DNA from: Candidatus Woesearchaeota archaeon
Lineage (GTDB): Archaea > Nanobdellota > Nanobdellia > Woesearchaeales > GW2011-AR15
Direction of reading: 5' to 3'
DNA length: 24,000 nucleotides
Assembly: GCA_038874655.1 (NCBI GenBank)
Contig: JAVZBY010000002.1
Location: 1-24,000, forward strand
Positions 6,527 to 14,995 of this stretch are shown here, piece by piece. Under the pieces are notes generated by a model. That model was not told where the DNA came from. It searched no databases and saw only the letters and a list, made by a program, of their open reading frames with translations. Each line of letters begins with the position of its first letter. The first letter of the stretch is position 1. Made by a program: the position numbers and the translations under genes.

Positions 6527-7876
6527 ATGAAAAGTCTATTTATATTCAGAAGAGATTTAAGATTAAATGATAATACTGGATTAATTGAAGCATTAAAAAA
6601 TTCTGATTTTGTTATTCCTATATTTATTTTTGATGATAGACAAATTAAACAAAATGAATATTTCTCTCAAAAAGCATTTTCTTTTATGATAAACTCATTA
6701 ATAGATTTAAACAATGAACTAAGAAAAATAAATAAAAGATTATATTTTTTTCAAGGCATAGCGCATCAAGTTATAGAAAAAATTATCAAAACTGAAAAAA
6801 TTGAAGCTGTTTATTTAAATAGAGATTACACGCCTTTTAGCATACAAAGAGATGAGTCCATGAAAAAGATTTGTAAAGAAAATAATGTAAAATTTTTTTC
6901 ATTTTCAGATGCATTATTAAATGAACCTTTTACTTTAAATAAAATTTATACAATTTTTACACCGTTTTGGAAAGCATATTCTCAAATAAAAGTTAAAAAA
7001 CCACAAAAAAACACATATACAAATTATTACTCTAATAAGATAATTTCTGAAATTTCTTTTGAAAAATTTATTGAACAAAATAAAGATAAACTTGTTAATA
7101 TAAATTCAAAAACAAAAGAAGAAGTAATCAAGGATATAACAAAATTACAAAATTATGATTTAACAAGAGATTTTCCAGAGAAAGAAACATCTTTTTTATC
7201 ATCACATTTAAAATTTGGCACAATATCTGTAAGAGAAGCATTTTACTTAGTTTATGAAAAATTAAATCCTTTTCATCCTTTATTGAGACAGCTTTATTGG
7301 AGAGATTTTTTTTATCATATAGCATATCATTTTCCTTATGTATTTGGAAACCCCTTCAATAAAAAATATCAAAATATAAAATGGGAATTTGATGAAAAAA
7401 AATTTAATGCATGGAAAAATGGTTTAACAGGTTTTCCTATTATTGATGCAGGGATGAGGCAATTAAATCAAACAGGCTATATGCATAATAGAGTTAGAAT
7501 GATAGTTGCTTCATTTTTAACAAAAGATTTGCATATTGACTGGAAAATAGGAGAAAAGTATTTTGCTCAAAAACTAATTGATTATGATCCTTGTATAAAT
7601 AATGGAAATTGGCAATGGTCTGCCTCAGTTGGATGTGATGCTCAGCCATATTTTAGAATATTTAATCCATGGCTTCAACAAAAAAAATTTGATCCAAATT
7701 GTATTTATATAAAAAAATGGGTTCCAGAACTAAAAGAGTTAAAACCAGAAGAGATTCATAATTTAGAAAAAATTGATCCTTCATTAAAAGGAATAAATTA
7801 TCCTAAACCAATTATTAATCATAGTATAGAATCTAAAAAAGCAATAGCTTATTATAAAAATACAATAAAAAATTGA
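6527..7876 (+). CDS. phr: deoxyribodipyrimidine photolyase / cryptochrome family (class-I-like)
   Basis: N-terminal FIFRRDLRLNDN, then WRDFFYH, TGFPIIDAGMRQLNQTGYMHNRVRMIVASFL and NNGNWQWSASVGCDAQPYFRIFNP. Confidence 0.9.
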   Translation: MKSLFIFRRDLRLNDNTGLIEALKNSDFVIPIFIFDDRQIKQNEYFSQKAFSFMINSLIDLNNELRKINKRLYFFQGIAHQVIEKIIKTEKIEAVYLNRDYTPFSIQRDESMKKICKENNVKFFSFSDALLNEPFTLNKIYTIFTPFWKAYSQIKVKKPQKNTYTNYYSNKIISEISFEKFIEQNKDKLVNINSKTKEEVIKDITKLQNYDLTRDFPEKETSFLSSHLKFGTISVREAFYLVYEKLNPFHPLLRQLYWRDFFYHIAYHFPYVFGNPFNKKYQNIKWEFDEKKFNAWKNGLTGFPIIDAGMRQLNQTGYMHNRVRMIVASFLTKDLHIDWKIGEKYFAQKLIDYDPCINNGNWQWSASVGCDAQPYFRIFNPWLQQKKFDPNCIYIKKWVPELKELKPEEIHNLEKIDPSLKGINYPKPIINHSIESKKAIAYYKNTIKN

Positions 7877-7902
7877 TTTTCAATTAAAATTCTTGATGAA
7901 GG

Positions 7903-8109
7903 TTAATTACTACTTTGTTTTGCTATTATGCAAATATTATTATTTTTTTCTGTAATAAAAACATTATAACTAAACTTAAACAAGCATTTAAAAACTTGTT
8001 TCCATTTAAAATTTCTATAATTAGTCACTTCAATTTCATAGCCACCATAATAAAGATTTAAGACACCACTATTTCCTATTATTTTTTTAAGTTCTTCTTC
8101 ATCTGTCAT
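7903..8109 (-). CDS. small hypothetical protein (68 aa), co-oriented 12 nt downstream of the permease
   Basis: A strong SD, GAGGGGTG followed by AAAAA, immediately precedes the ATG at 8109. I recognise no motif. Confidence 0.45.
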   Translation of the reverse strand: MTDEEELKKIIGNSGVLNLYYGGYEIEVTNYRNFKWKQVFKCLFKFSYNVFITEKNNNICIIAKQSSN

Positions 8110-8121
8110 TTTTTCACCCCT

Positions 8122-9543
8122 CTAAGGCATTAATGGTAATTGTAAAATAATTAATAATGCTGCAACAATAGAAGTTATTAAAGTTACAAAAAATCCATAT
8201 TTAATCCATGTTTTAAAACCTATATGTTCATAACCCCTTTTTTGTAAAATTCCTAAAGCAACAATATTTGCAGTACTTCCTATGTGTGTTAGATTCCCAA
8301 AAAAAGTTCCTGCAAAAAGCATTATCCACCATAAAGGAAAACCCATAGTAGGATCTAAGGATATTATATCCTTAACAATTGGAACCATAATAGCAACAGC
8401 TAAGACATTATCTAAAACAGCACTTAATAAACCACCAATTATCATAATAATAATAATTGTTTTTATAATATTATCACCTGTAATATTTCTTAAATTTTTG
8501 CTTAAGATATCAATAACACCTGTATATTCTAATGAACCTACAGAAGCAAACAAGAATATAAAAAATACAAGTGTCCACCAATCAACTCGTCTTTCAATTA
8601 ATTCAGCAGCTTTATCTTTTTCAATAAGCATTGCAATTCCAGCTCCAAACATAGCAAAACCTATTAACATAGTATTTTTCTCTAAATGTAGCATTTTTTC
8701 CACATTTGAATGAAAAACCAACCCTAAAAAAATCAAGCCAAATAAAATAGATGATAAAATTAAATTTTCACCCTCCATCATTGTTTCTTGTCTTTTTTTC
8801 TTTTTAGAATGTTTTATTTTATTTTCCAACTCAGATATTTCATTTTTAAAAAATAAAAAAAACAATCCAATAGTTATACTTAAAGCAATAAAACTTATAG
8901 GAGCAGCCCACCTTAGGAAGTCAGAAAAAGTCAAACCCCCATTTAATGCTACCATAACACCAACAGGATTACCAACAACAGTAGCACTACTGCCAATATT
9001 TGTAGCAAAAACAGTCATTAAAATAAAAGGAATTGGATTTAACTTATACTTGTTTGTTAAATGTAGTATAATAGAAACCATAATTATTATAGAAGTTACC
9101 TCGTCAATAATAGCTGCAGAGATTGCTGAAACAAGCATTAAAATTATAATTAATAATTTAGGATTATTCCCTACTTTATTTATTATTTTTCCAATAATAA
9201 ACTCAAAAAATTTGCTTTTTTCTAAAAAACCGACAAAAACCATCATACTAATCAAAAACAAGATTATATCAAAATGTGCAAACTCTAATAAACTTTTTAT
9301 GTCAATAACATTAAATGCCAATAACAATCCAATTCCAACAAAAGCAAATGACAATCTTCTATTCCAAAATAAGAATGTTGTAGATATTAAAACCACAATA
9401 ATCATCATAGAAATTGATTGCTTTGTTTGAAAACCAATAAACTTTGTAAAATAATAAACAAAAAAAACTAATATAAACAGAAAAAGATACTTTTTCCAGT
9501 TTTTACTGATTAAATTTAAATTTTCTTGATATTTTGAAAACAT
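8122..9543 (-). CDS. ion-transporter-superfamily permease (ArsB/NhaD/CitMHS-like)
   Basis: 473 aa with about 10-12 TM segments in two halves split by a charged loop (KHSKKKKRQETMMEGE). The two halves carry matching hairpin-like motifs, NIGSSATVVGNPVGVMVA and GNLTHIGSTANIVALG. The substrate is not inferable. Confidence 0.55.
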   Translation of the reverse strand: MFSKYQENLNLISKNWKKYLFLFILVFFVYYFTKFIGFQTKQSISMMIIVVLISTTFLFWNRRLSFAFVGIGLLLAFNVIDIKSLLEFAHFDIILFLISMMVFVGFLEKSKFFEFIIGKIINKVGNNPKLLIIILMLVSAISAAIIDEVTSIIIMVSIILHLTNKYKLNPIPFILMTVFATNIGSSATVVGNPVGVMVALNGGLTFSDFLRWAAPISFIALSITIGLFFLFFKNEISELENKIKHSKKKKRQETMMEGENLILSSILFGLIFLGLVFHSNVEKMLHLEKNTMLIGFAMFGAGIAMLIEKDKAAELIERRVDWWTLVFFIFLFASVGSLEYTGVIDILSKNLRNITGDNIIKTIIIIMIIGGLLSAVLDNVLAVAIMVPIVKDIISLDPTMGFPLWWIMLFAGTFFGNLTHIGSTANIVALGILQKRGYEHIGFKTWIKYGFFVTLITSIVAALLIILQLPLMP

Positions 9544-9553
9544 AATACATAAA

Positions 9554-9573
9554 CTATATAAGTAATATAAAAA
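9554..9573. promoter_or_regulatory. back-to-back TATA-like boxes in a 41-bp divergent spacer
   Basis: CTATATAAG (9554..9562) is centred about 27 nt from the Smr ATG at 9585. TAATATAAAA (9564..9573; reverse strand TTTTATATTA) is centred about 25 nt from the permease ATG at 9543. Neither gene has an SD. Confidence 0.3.
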
Positions 9574-9584
9574 ATTTATTTTTT

Positions 9585-9830
9585 ATGCAACCCCTTCCAA
9601 AAATAGATGTTCATGGTTTAAATTCACAACAAGCATTAGACTTAATTAGATATAACCTTTATGATTTCTATAAAAGAGGCTTTAATGAAGTTTATATTAT
9701 TCATGGTCATGGTAAGGGTATTTTAAAAACAAAAATAAGACAGATGCTTAAAACCTTTAGTTTTGTAAAAAAAATAAAAAGAGCTTCTCAGTATGAAGGA
9801 GGAGATGGTGTTACAATAGTAATTTTTTAA
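9585..9830 (+). CDS. stand-alone Smr (small MutS-related) domain protein
   Basis: 81 aa. IDVHGL...ALDLI, then VYIIHGHGKGILKTKIRQML and GGDGVTIVIF match the Smr pattern (DLHG ... IIHGKG ... GG.G...V.L). Confidence 0.8.
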   Translation: MQPLPKIDVHGLNSQQALDLIRYNLYDFYKRGFNEVYIIHGHGKGILKTKIRQMLKTFSFVKKIKRASQYEGGDGVTIVIF

Positions 9831-9850
9831 ATTTATATTAAAATAGCATC

Positions 9851-9864
9851 AAAATCTTTTTAAA
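9851..9864 (+). promoter_or_regulatory. candidate BRE/TATA promoter (AAAATCTTTTTAAA) downstream of the Smr gene
   Basis: Same 14-mer pattern as the promoters predicted at 936 and 4594. It would place a transcription start near 9885-9890, just upstream of the twin hairpins. Confidence 0.25.
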
Positions 9865-9906
9865 TTGGTTAAAATTTCTAAAAATATATTTGAAGAATTT
9901 TGAAAG

Positions 9907-9964
9907 ATAAACCTTGTAGAAATACAGGTTTATACTGGAGAATTGCTATAATGCTTTTTCTCCA
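9907..9964 (+). ncRNA. candidate structured RNA: two adjacent stem-loops (sRNA or rps15 leader)
   Basis: Hairpin 1: ATAAACCT (9907..9914) pairs with AGGTTTAT (9926..9933), 8 bp. Hairpin 2: TGGAGAA (9936..9942) pairs with TTCTCCA (9958..9964), 7 bp, plus an inner GC/GC. The region looks more G+C-rich than the surrounding spacer. No known RNA family was recognised. Confidence 0.25.
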
Positions 9965-10054
9965 AATTATAAAAAAATTATAAAAATATAGATAAAGAAT
10001 AGTTTAAAAATGTGTTTAAGAAATCAAGAAATAAAAAATCAATGAGGTAAGAAA

Positions 10055-10510
10055 ATGGCAAGAATGCATTCAAGAAGAAAAGGTAAATCAGGAAGCAAAA
10101 AACCATCTAAAAAAAGCACATATTCCTGGATGAGTTATAAGCCAAAAGAAATAGAAATGTTAATCATAAAATTAGCAAAAGAAGGAAATACACCATCAAA
10201 AATCGGTTTAATTCTAAGAGACACTTATGGTATTCCAGATGTAAAAGCAATTTTAAAGAAAAATATCTCAGATATTTTAGAGAAAAAAGAATTATTGCCT
10301 AAAGTTCCAGAAAATTTAGCAGCATTATTAAAAAGAGTAATTGACTTACAAAAACACTTGGAAAATAACAAAAAAGACCAAGTTGCAAAAAGAGGTCTAT
10401 TACTTACAGAATCCAAAATAAGAAGACTAGTAAAATATTACAAAAAGACAGGAAAATTACCAGAATCCTGGAACTATGATCCAGCAAGAGTAAAATTATT
10501 AATTGAATAA
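10055..10510 (+). CDS. rps15: 30S ribosomal protein uS15 (archaeal S15P/S13e type)
   Basis: MARMHSRRKGKSGSKKP N-terminus, 151 aa, with ...KDQVAKRGLLLTESKIRRLVKYYKKTGKLP. The SD GAGGT lies at 10044..10048. Confidence 0.95.
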   Translation: MARMHSRRKGKSGSKKPSKKSTYSWMSYKPKEIEMLIIKLAKEGNTPSKIGLILRDTYGIPDVKAILKKNISDILEKKELLPKVPENLAALLKRVIDLQKHLENNKKDQVAKRGLLLTESKIRRLVKYYKKTGKLPESWNYDPARVKLLIE

Positions 10511-10520
10511 ACTTAAACAA

Positions 10521-11924
10521 ATGGTTTATTCAAATTTTTTTTCTTTTCTTAAAGAAGTTTCTGAAAAATTTAAAAAAATAGACAAATCTGAAACTATAAG
10601 ATTAATAAGCCATCATGATGCAGATGGTATTTGCTCAGCTTCTATAATGATTAGAGCATTAGAAAATGAAAACTACAAATATAATTTGTCTATAATAAAA
10701 CAATTAACAGAAATAGAATTAAAACAATATCAAAATGAAAATTACAATAACTATGTTTTTACAGATTTGGGTTCTGGGCAATATAATTTAATAAAAAAAT
10801 ATCTTGCTAAAAAAACAATTTTTATTTTTGACCATCACACTTTTGATTTAAATTTATTGAAAAATAATTCTGAAAATATAATAATGGTTAATCCTCATAT
10901 GTTTAATATTGATGGTTCAAGTGAAATATCAGGCTCAGGTGTTACCTATTTATTTGCACAAACCCTAAATGAAAAAAACAAAGAATTAAGTTATTTAGCA
11001 ATAATTGGTTCACTTGGGGATGTTCAAGAAAGTAATGGCTTTACCTCATTAAATAAATATATTTTGGATATAGCAATAAATCAAGGCAAAATAAAAATTG
11101 AAAAAAATTTAAAGTATTATGGTTTGGAAACAAAACCTATATATTATTTGTTAGCATATGGAGATATTTATATTCCTAATATATCAGGTAAGGAAAGCAA
11201 TGCAATACAATTTTTGAATGAGATTGGTATTGAACCAAAAATAAATGGTAAATGGAAAAAATTCAATGATTTAAATGAAAAAGAAAAAAAGCAATTAATA
11301 AGTTCAATCATAATAAAAAGAGGCTCACTTCAAGAACCTGAGAATATTATAGGAAACAGATATTTATTAGTTGATGAGCCAGAATCAAGTTCGTTAAGAG
11401 ATTTAAAAGAATTTGCTACATTAATAAATGCATGTGGCAGACTTGAAAAAGCTTCTTTGGGCATTGGTTTATGTTTAAATAATCCAGAATTGAAAAAAAA
11501 AGCATTACAATTACAAGATGAATATAAAAAAGAAATAATAAATGCCCTAAATTGGTATGAAAAAAACAATTCTCAACACATAATAAAATCAGAAAAATAC
11601 ATTATAATTAATGCAAAAAATAACATTATGCCTTCTATAATTGGGACAATAGCTTCTATTATCTCAAACTCAGATATTCCAATTGGAACATTAGTTTTAG
11701 CATTAGCATATGATAATGATTCAATAAAAGCATCTCTTAGAATAAAAACATCGCCTGAAAAAAAAGAAACCCTAAATTTAAGAGACTTTTTAGTAAAGCT
11801 TTCTGAAAAGACGGGTTGTCAAGCAGGTGGTCATAAAAACGCAGCAGGTGCTATTATTCCAAAGGAAAAAGAGCAATTATTTATAGATGAATTTATTAAA
11901 CTTATAGAACTTGAGAATTCATAA
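10521..11924 (+). CDS. RecJ-like DHH/DHHA1 phosphoesterase (archaeal GAN/Cdc45-RecJ family candidate)
   Basis: DHH motif I is SHHDADGICSA, motif II FTDLGSG, motif III IFIFDHH, and the DHHA1 motif is QAGGHKNAAGA. It starts 10 nt after the rps15 stop. I prefer the ATG at 10521 over the track's TTG at 10503. Confidence 0.8.
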   Translation: MVYSNFFSFLKEVSEKFKKIDKSETIRLISHHDADGICSASIMIRALENENYKYNLSIIKQLTEIELKQYQNENYNNYVFTDLGSGQYNLIKKYLAKKTIFIFDHHTFDLNLLKNNSENIIMVNPHMFNIDGSSEISGSGVTYLFAQTLNEKNKELSYLAIIGSLGDVQESNGFTSLNKYILDIAINQGKIKIEKNLKYYGLETKPIYYLLAYGDIYIPNISGKESNAIQFLNEIGIEPKINGKWKKFNDLNEKEKKQLISSIIIKRGSLQEPENIIGNRYLLVDEPESSSLRDLKEFATLINACGRLEKASLGIGLCLNNPELKKKALQLQDEYKKEIINALNWYEKNNSQHIIKSEKYIIINAKNNIMPSIIGTIASIISNSDIPIGTLVLALAYDNDSIKASLRIKTSPEKKETLNLRDFLVKLSEKTGCQAGGHKNAAGAIIPKEKEQLFIDEFIKLIELENS

Positions 11925-11978
11925 AAAACATTATAAAAAATAAAAAAATTTTTAAAAATTAACTAAAAATCAAAAAAA

Positions 11979-12719
11979 TTAATTATCCTTATTTTTCTCT
12001 ACAGCTTTCTCTTTAGTTTCTTCTTTGTTTTCTTCTTTAATTTCTTCTTTTATTTCTTCTTCATTTTCTTTTTTCTTTTTAGCTTTTAACTCAGATCTTT
12101 TTTTAGGCATTTCTGTTTCTTTAACTACTTTATTTTTTTCTTCTTCTAAAATTCTTATTTCTAAATTCTTTAGTGGATATATTTTATTTAACTTATCTCT
12201 TAACTCTTTCTGTAAGATATATTTAACAACACTTGAAAAGACAGTTTCATAATCATTTTTATTTACAAAATTTATAATTTCAGTTCTTAACATCATTCTT
12301 ATGTTATATTGTATTGTCTTTGAAACTTTGCTTCTTGTTAAAGCTAAGGGCTTTACTCTTAATAATTTATCATCTTTTGTTCTTACTACAATAGAATCAT
12401 CAATTCTAGACATATTTCTTCTTACTAATCTTTTAATTGTTGATTGTGAAAAATAATATCCAATTATTCTTGTTTCTAATTTGTTTTCATTTGCATTTAT
12501 AATCTCAAATTTTACATCTACAGTTTGACTTTTAATATCTCCTGTTAACTGCATCAAATTAACTTTTACAGTTCTTCCTACGCATGAATTTGGATCTTCA
12601 ACATAAGTTTCTCCAATTTCAACACTTCCCATGTTTTTTGGGGAGAATATTTTAATCCAACTCTTCTTTTTTATTTTACCTACGCTTTTTGATTTTTTTT
12701 GCATTTCACTTTTTGCCAT
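11979..12719 (-). CDS. rps3ae: 30S ribosomal protein eS1 (S3Ae) with a Lys/Glu-rich C-terminal extension
   Basis: KKKSWIKIFSPKNMG...VGRTVKVNLMQLTGD...RLVRRNMSRIDD...LRVKPLALT is characteristic of S3Ae. The tail reads ...KKKKENEEEIKEEIKEENKEETKEKAVEKNKDN. Confidence 0.9.
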   Translation of the reverse strand: MAKSEMQKKSKSVGKIKKKSWIKIFSPKNMGSVEIGETYVEDPNSCVGRTVKVNLMQLTGDIKSQTVDVKFEIINANENKLETRIIGYYFSQSTIKRLVRRNMSRIDDSIVVRTKDDKLLRVKPLALTRSKVSKTIQYNIRMMLRTEIINFVNKNDYETVFSSVVKYILQKELRDKLNKIYPLKNLEIRILEEEKNKVVKETEMPKKRSELKAKKKKENEEEIKEEIKEENKEETKEKAVEKNKDN

Positions 12720-12840
12720 GTTTGTTTGAATTTAATTTTTATTTATAAATATTTCTTTTGAAACCCGATTTTTTAGATAAAAATTTAAATTAATACATTT
12801 TACACAAATTATTTCTCACATAAAAAATAAAAATAAAAAA

Positions 12841-13458
12841 ATGTTAGAAAAAGCATTATTTAGAAAGCATACAAAATTGTTTTTATACATGTCTGTTAGG
12901 CAATATTTTAGTCAGAAAGAATTAATAATCTTTTCTTTATCTCATAGGGAATTTAAAGACAAGGATTCAATAGAAAATAAAGGACAATTTTTAGACAAAC
13001 TTATTAATTTAGGCATAATAAAAAAATACAAATATAAAGATTTTATAAAAAAATATCCTGAAAAAATAAGAGCAGCTTCTATAGCGTATCAAAAATCACA
13101 TGAGAGAAAAAGAATAATTTTAGAGTTTAAAATTGAACAATTCTTAGCTCTTGATTTTCCATTCATAAAAAAAATAAAAAATTTTGAATTGCCTTTTAAA
13201 GAATATATTAATCAATTTTATGATATAAATACAAATAAACTGCATAAAAATCTTAATTATTCCATTAAAGAATTAATTACCTTTTTTTTATATGGCTGTT
13301 CTCTTGCAAAAATCTACTTTACAAAATATGAAAAAATTTTAAACCAACTGAAAAAAATAAAATATCATACAACTTTAGAAAACTTAAATAAGGATAGTCT
13401 TTTTTTTATAAAAATTGCTCAAGAACAGATGGAATCAAAATTAAAAAATTCTTTTTAA
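12841..13458 (+). CDS. hypothetical protein (205 aa), possibly with an N-terminal winged-helix-like segment
   Basis: A long ORF in a coding-dense region with a K/I/N-rich composition. GQFLDKLINLGIIKKYKY is weakly wing-like. No confident motif. Confidence 0.4.
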   Translation: MLEKALFRKHTKLFLYMSVRQYFSQKELIIFSLSHREFKDKDSIENKGQFLDKLINLGIIKKYKYKDFIKKYPEKIRAASIAYQKSHERKRIILEFKIEQFLALDFPFIKKIKNFELPFKEYINQFYDINTNKLHKNLNYSIKELITFFLYGCSLAKIYFTKYEKILNQLKKIKYHTTLENLNKDSLFFIKIAQEQMESKLKNSF

Positions 13459-13471
13459 AAAATATATGTTT

Positions 13472-14764
13472 TTAATTTTTTATCTCTTTTTTATGACTTT
13501 GTTTATGTGATATTTCTTTTAAATTAGTCTTTAAATTATTATTTTCTTTATTATCATTATTATTATTTTTCAAAATAAAATAATCATATATAAATACTAA
13601 TACAGAGCTTAAAATTATAGAGAATAATATTGAGGATAATGTAATCATTATAAGATTATTAACCTCTTTGAATTGAGAAAAAAATTCTGATTTTAATGTC
13701 AATTGCGCTAAAACAGCTGGAGCCAATCCTTTTGGAGTTAAAATATTCATAAAGGTTCTATCTCTATTACTTATCTCTTTTGGCACAGAAATCTTGACAA
13801 TGTAAGGTCTTGTTATTGCAATTAAAATAGTAATTAAAAGTCCAATTAATAATAATACTATATTTGAGAAACTTATAATAATTCCCAAATAAACAAAGAA
13901 AAACACTTTCAAGAAAAATGATATTTCTGAATAAAAATTTTTTTCTGACTCATGTATAGAATATTCAGGTTCTTTACCAAAAAAAGTAAAAATTTTTTTA
14001 AAATTGCCTAAAAATATTCCAAAAGATAAAATTGCAATTGCACCATTTGCTTTAAAAAATTCAGCAAAAACATAAATTAAAATCATGTAAGCAATACTTA
14101 TCATATATGCTTTGTTAATTTGTTGAAATTTTTGTCTCAAAGCAATCCATAACCAGCCAGAGATAAAACCGATCATTAACGCAATAAAAAAAGTGCTTAA
14201 AATACTAACTATCGTATTAACAAAATCAAAATGATTAATCTTTATAATTTCTGCTATTGTTATTGCCCCAACTATACATAAAACATCTGTTATTGTTGAT
14301 TCTAAAGTTAATATTAAAGTGCTTTCATTATTTAATTTTAATAATTTTGTCATAGGTATTACAACAGCACTTGAAGTGCCTCCTAAAATTGCACCTAATA
14401 AAATAGATAAATGCAATGGATATCCAAAAATAACCATAACAATACTAACAATGACAATATTGCTTAAAAAAAATAAAAAAGCCAACTTAGTTCCAGGATA
14501 GGCTGTTTTTAAAAAATCATTTAATCTTATTGATAAACTACCTTCAAAAATAATAAGTATTAAAGCTAATGTAATAAAAATAGGTTCAATTGCACTAAAA
14601 GATTCTGCCTTAATAAAACCTAAAATCGGGCCTAACAAAATACCTAATAAAAACAAAAGTAAAACATCAGGAATATGTGTTTTATCAAAAAAATACTCAG
14701 CTAAAAATCCAATAATAATAACCAAACTAAAACCAACTAAGCTTAATAATAAATTTGATTCCAT
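13472..14764 (-). CDS. cation:proton antiporter (Na+/H+ exchanger, NhaP/CPA1-like)
   Basis: About 11-12 TM segments. It has the N-terminal HIPDVLLLFLLGILLGP, then LGAILGGTSSAVVIP and LTLESTITDVLCIVGA, which occupy the positions of the conserved exchanger motifs. The C-terminal tail is N/K-rich and low in complexity. Confidence 0.7.
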   Translation of the reverse strand: MESNLLLSLVGFSLVIIIGFLAEYFFDKTHIPDVLLLFLLGILLGPILGFIKAESFSAIEPIFITLALILIIFEGSLSIRLNDFLKTAYPGTKLAFLFFLSNIVIVSIVMVIFGYPLHLSILLGAILGGTSSAVVIPMTKLLKLNNESTLILTLESTITDVLCIVGAITIAEIIKINHFDFVNTIVSILSTFFIALMIGFISGWLWIALRQKFQQINKAYMISIAYMILIYVFAEFFKANGAIAILSFGIFLGNFKKIFTFFGKEPEYSIHESEKNFYSEISFFLKVFFFVYLGIIISFSNIVLLLIGLLITILIAITRPYIVKISVPKEISNRDRTFMNILTPKGLAPAVLAQLTLKSEFFSQFKEVNNLIMITLSSILFSIILSSVLVFIYDYFILKNNNNDNKENNNLKTNLKEISHKQSHKKEIKN

Positions 14765-14995
14765 TAATAAAAAACAAAAGTCTTCTTTTTAAATTTTTTA
14801 TGTTTTTTATTTTGAATTTTATTATTTATGAGTTTAATTAAATTGGATATTAAACTTTTAATATAAAAATAAGAAATAATATATTAAAAAATCATATATT
14901 AGTCTTATATTAAAAAGATAAAATCTGATATTATATAATTGTAAAAAAAGTTAAAAACCTATAATTTTTTATTCAATAGAATTTTTTTAATTTTA

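Noticed and set aside
8122-9543. Assigning a specific substrate (arsenite, citrate, Na+) to the ArsB/NhaD-like permease, or linking the 68-aa downstream ORF to it as a subunit.
   Set aside because: Only superfamily-level motifs are visible. Substrate specificity cannot be read from the sequence by eye. The small ORF has no recognisable motif beyond a good SD.
14870-14925. Direct repeats TATATTAAAAA in the antiporter/membrane-ORF divergent spacer.
   Set aside because: These are A/T-only words in an A/T-only spacer. They are indistinguishable from compositional recurrence or ordinary TATA-like promoter sequence.
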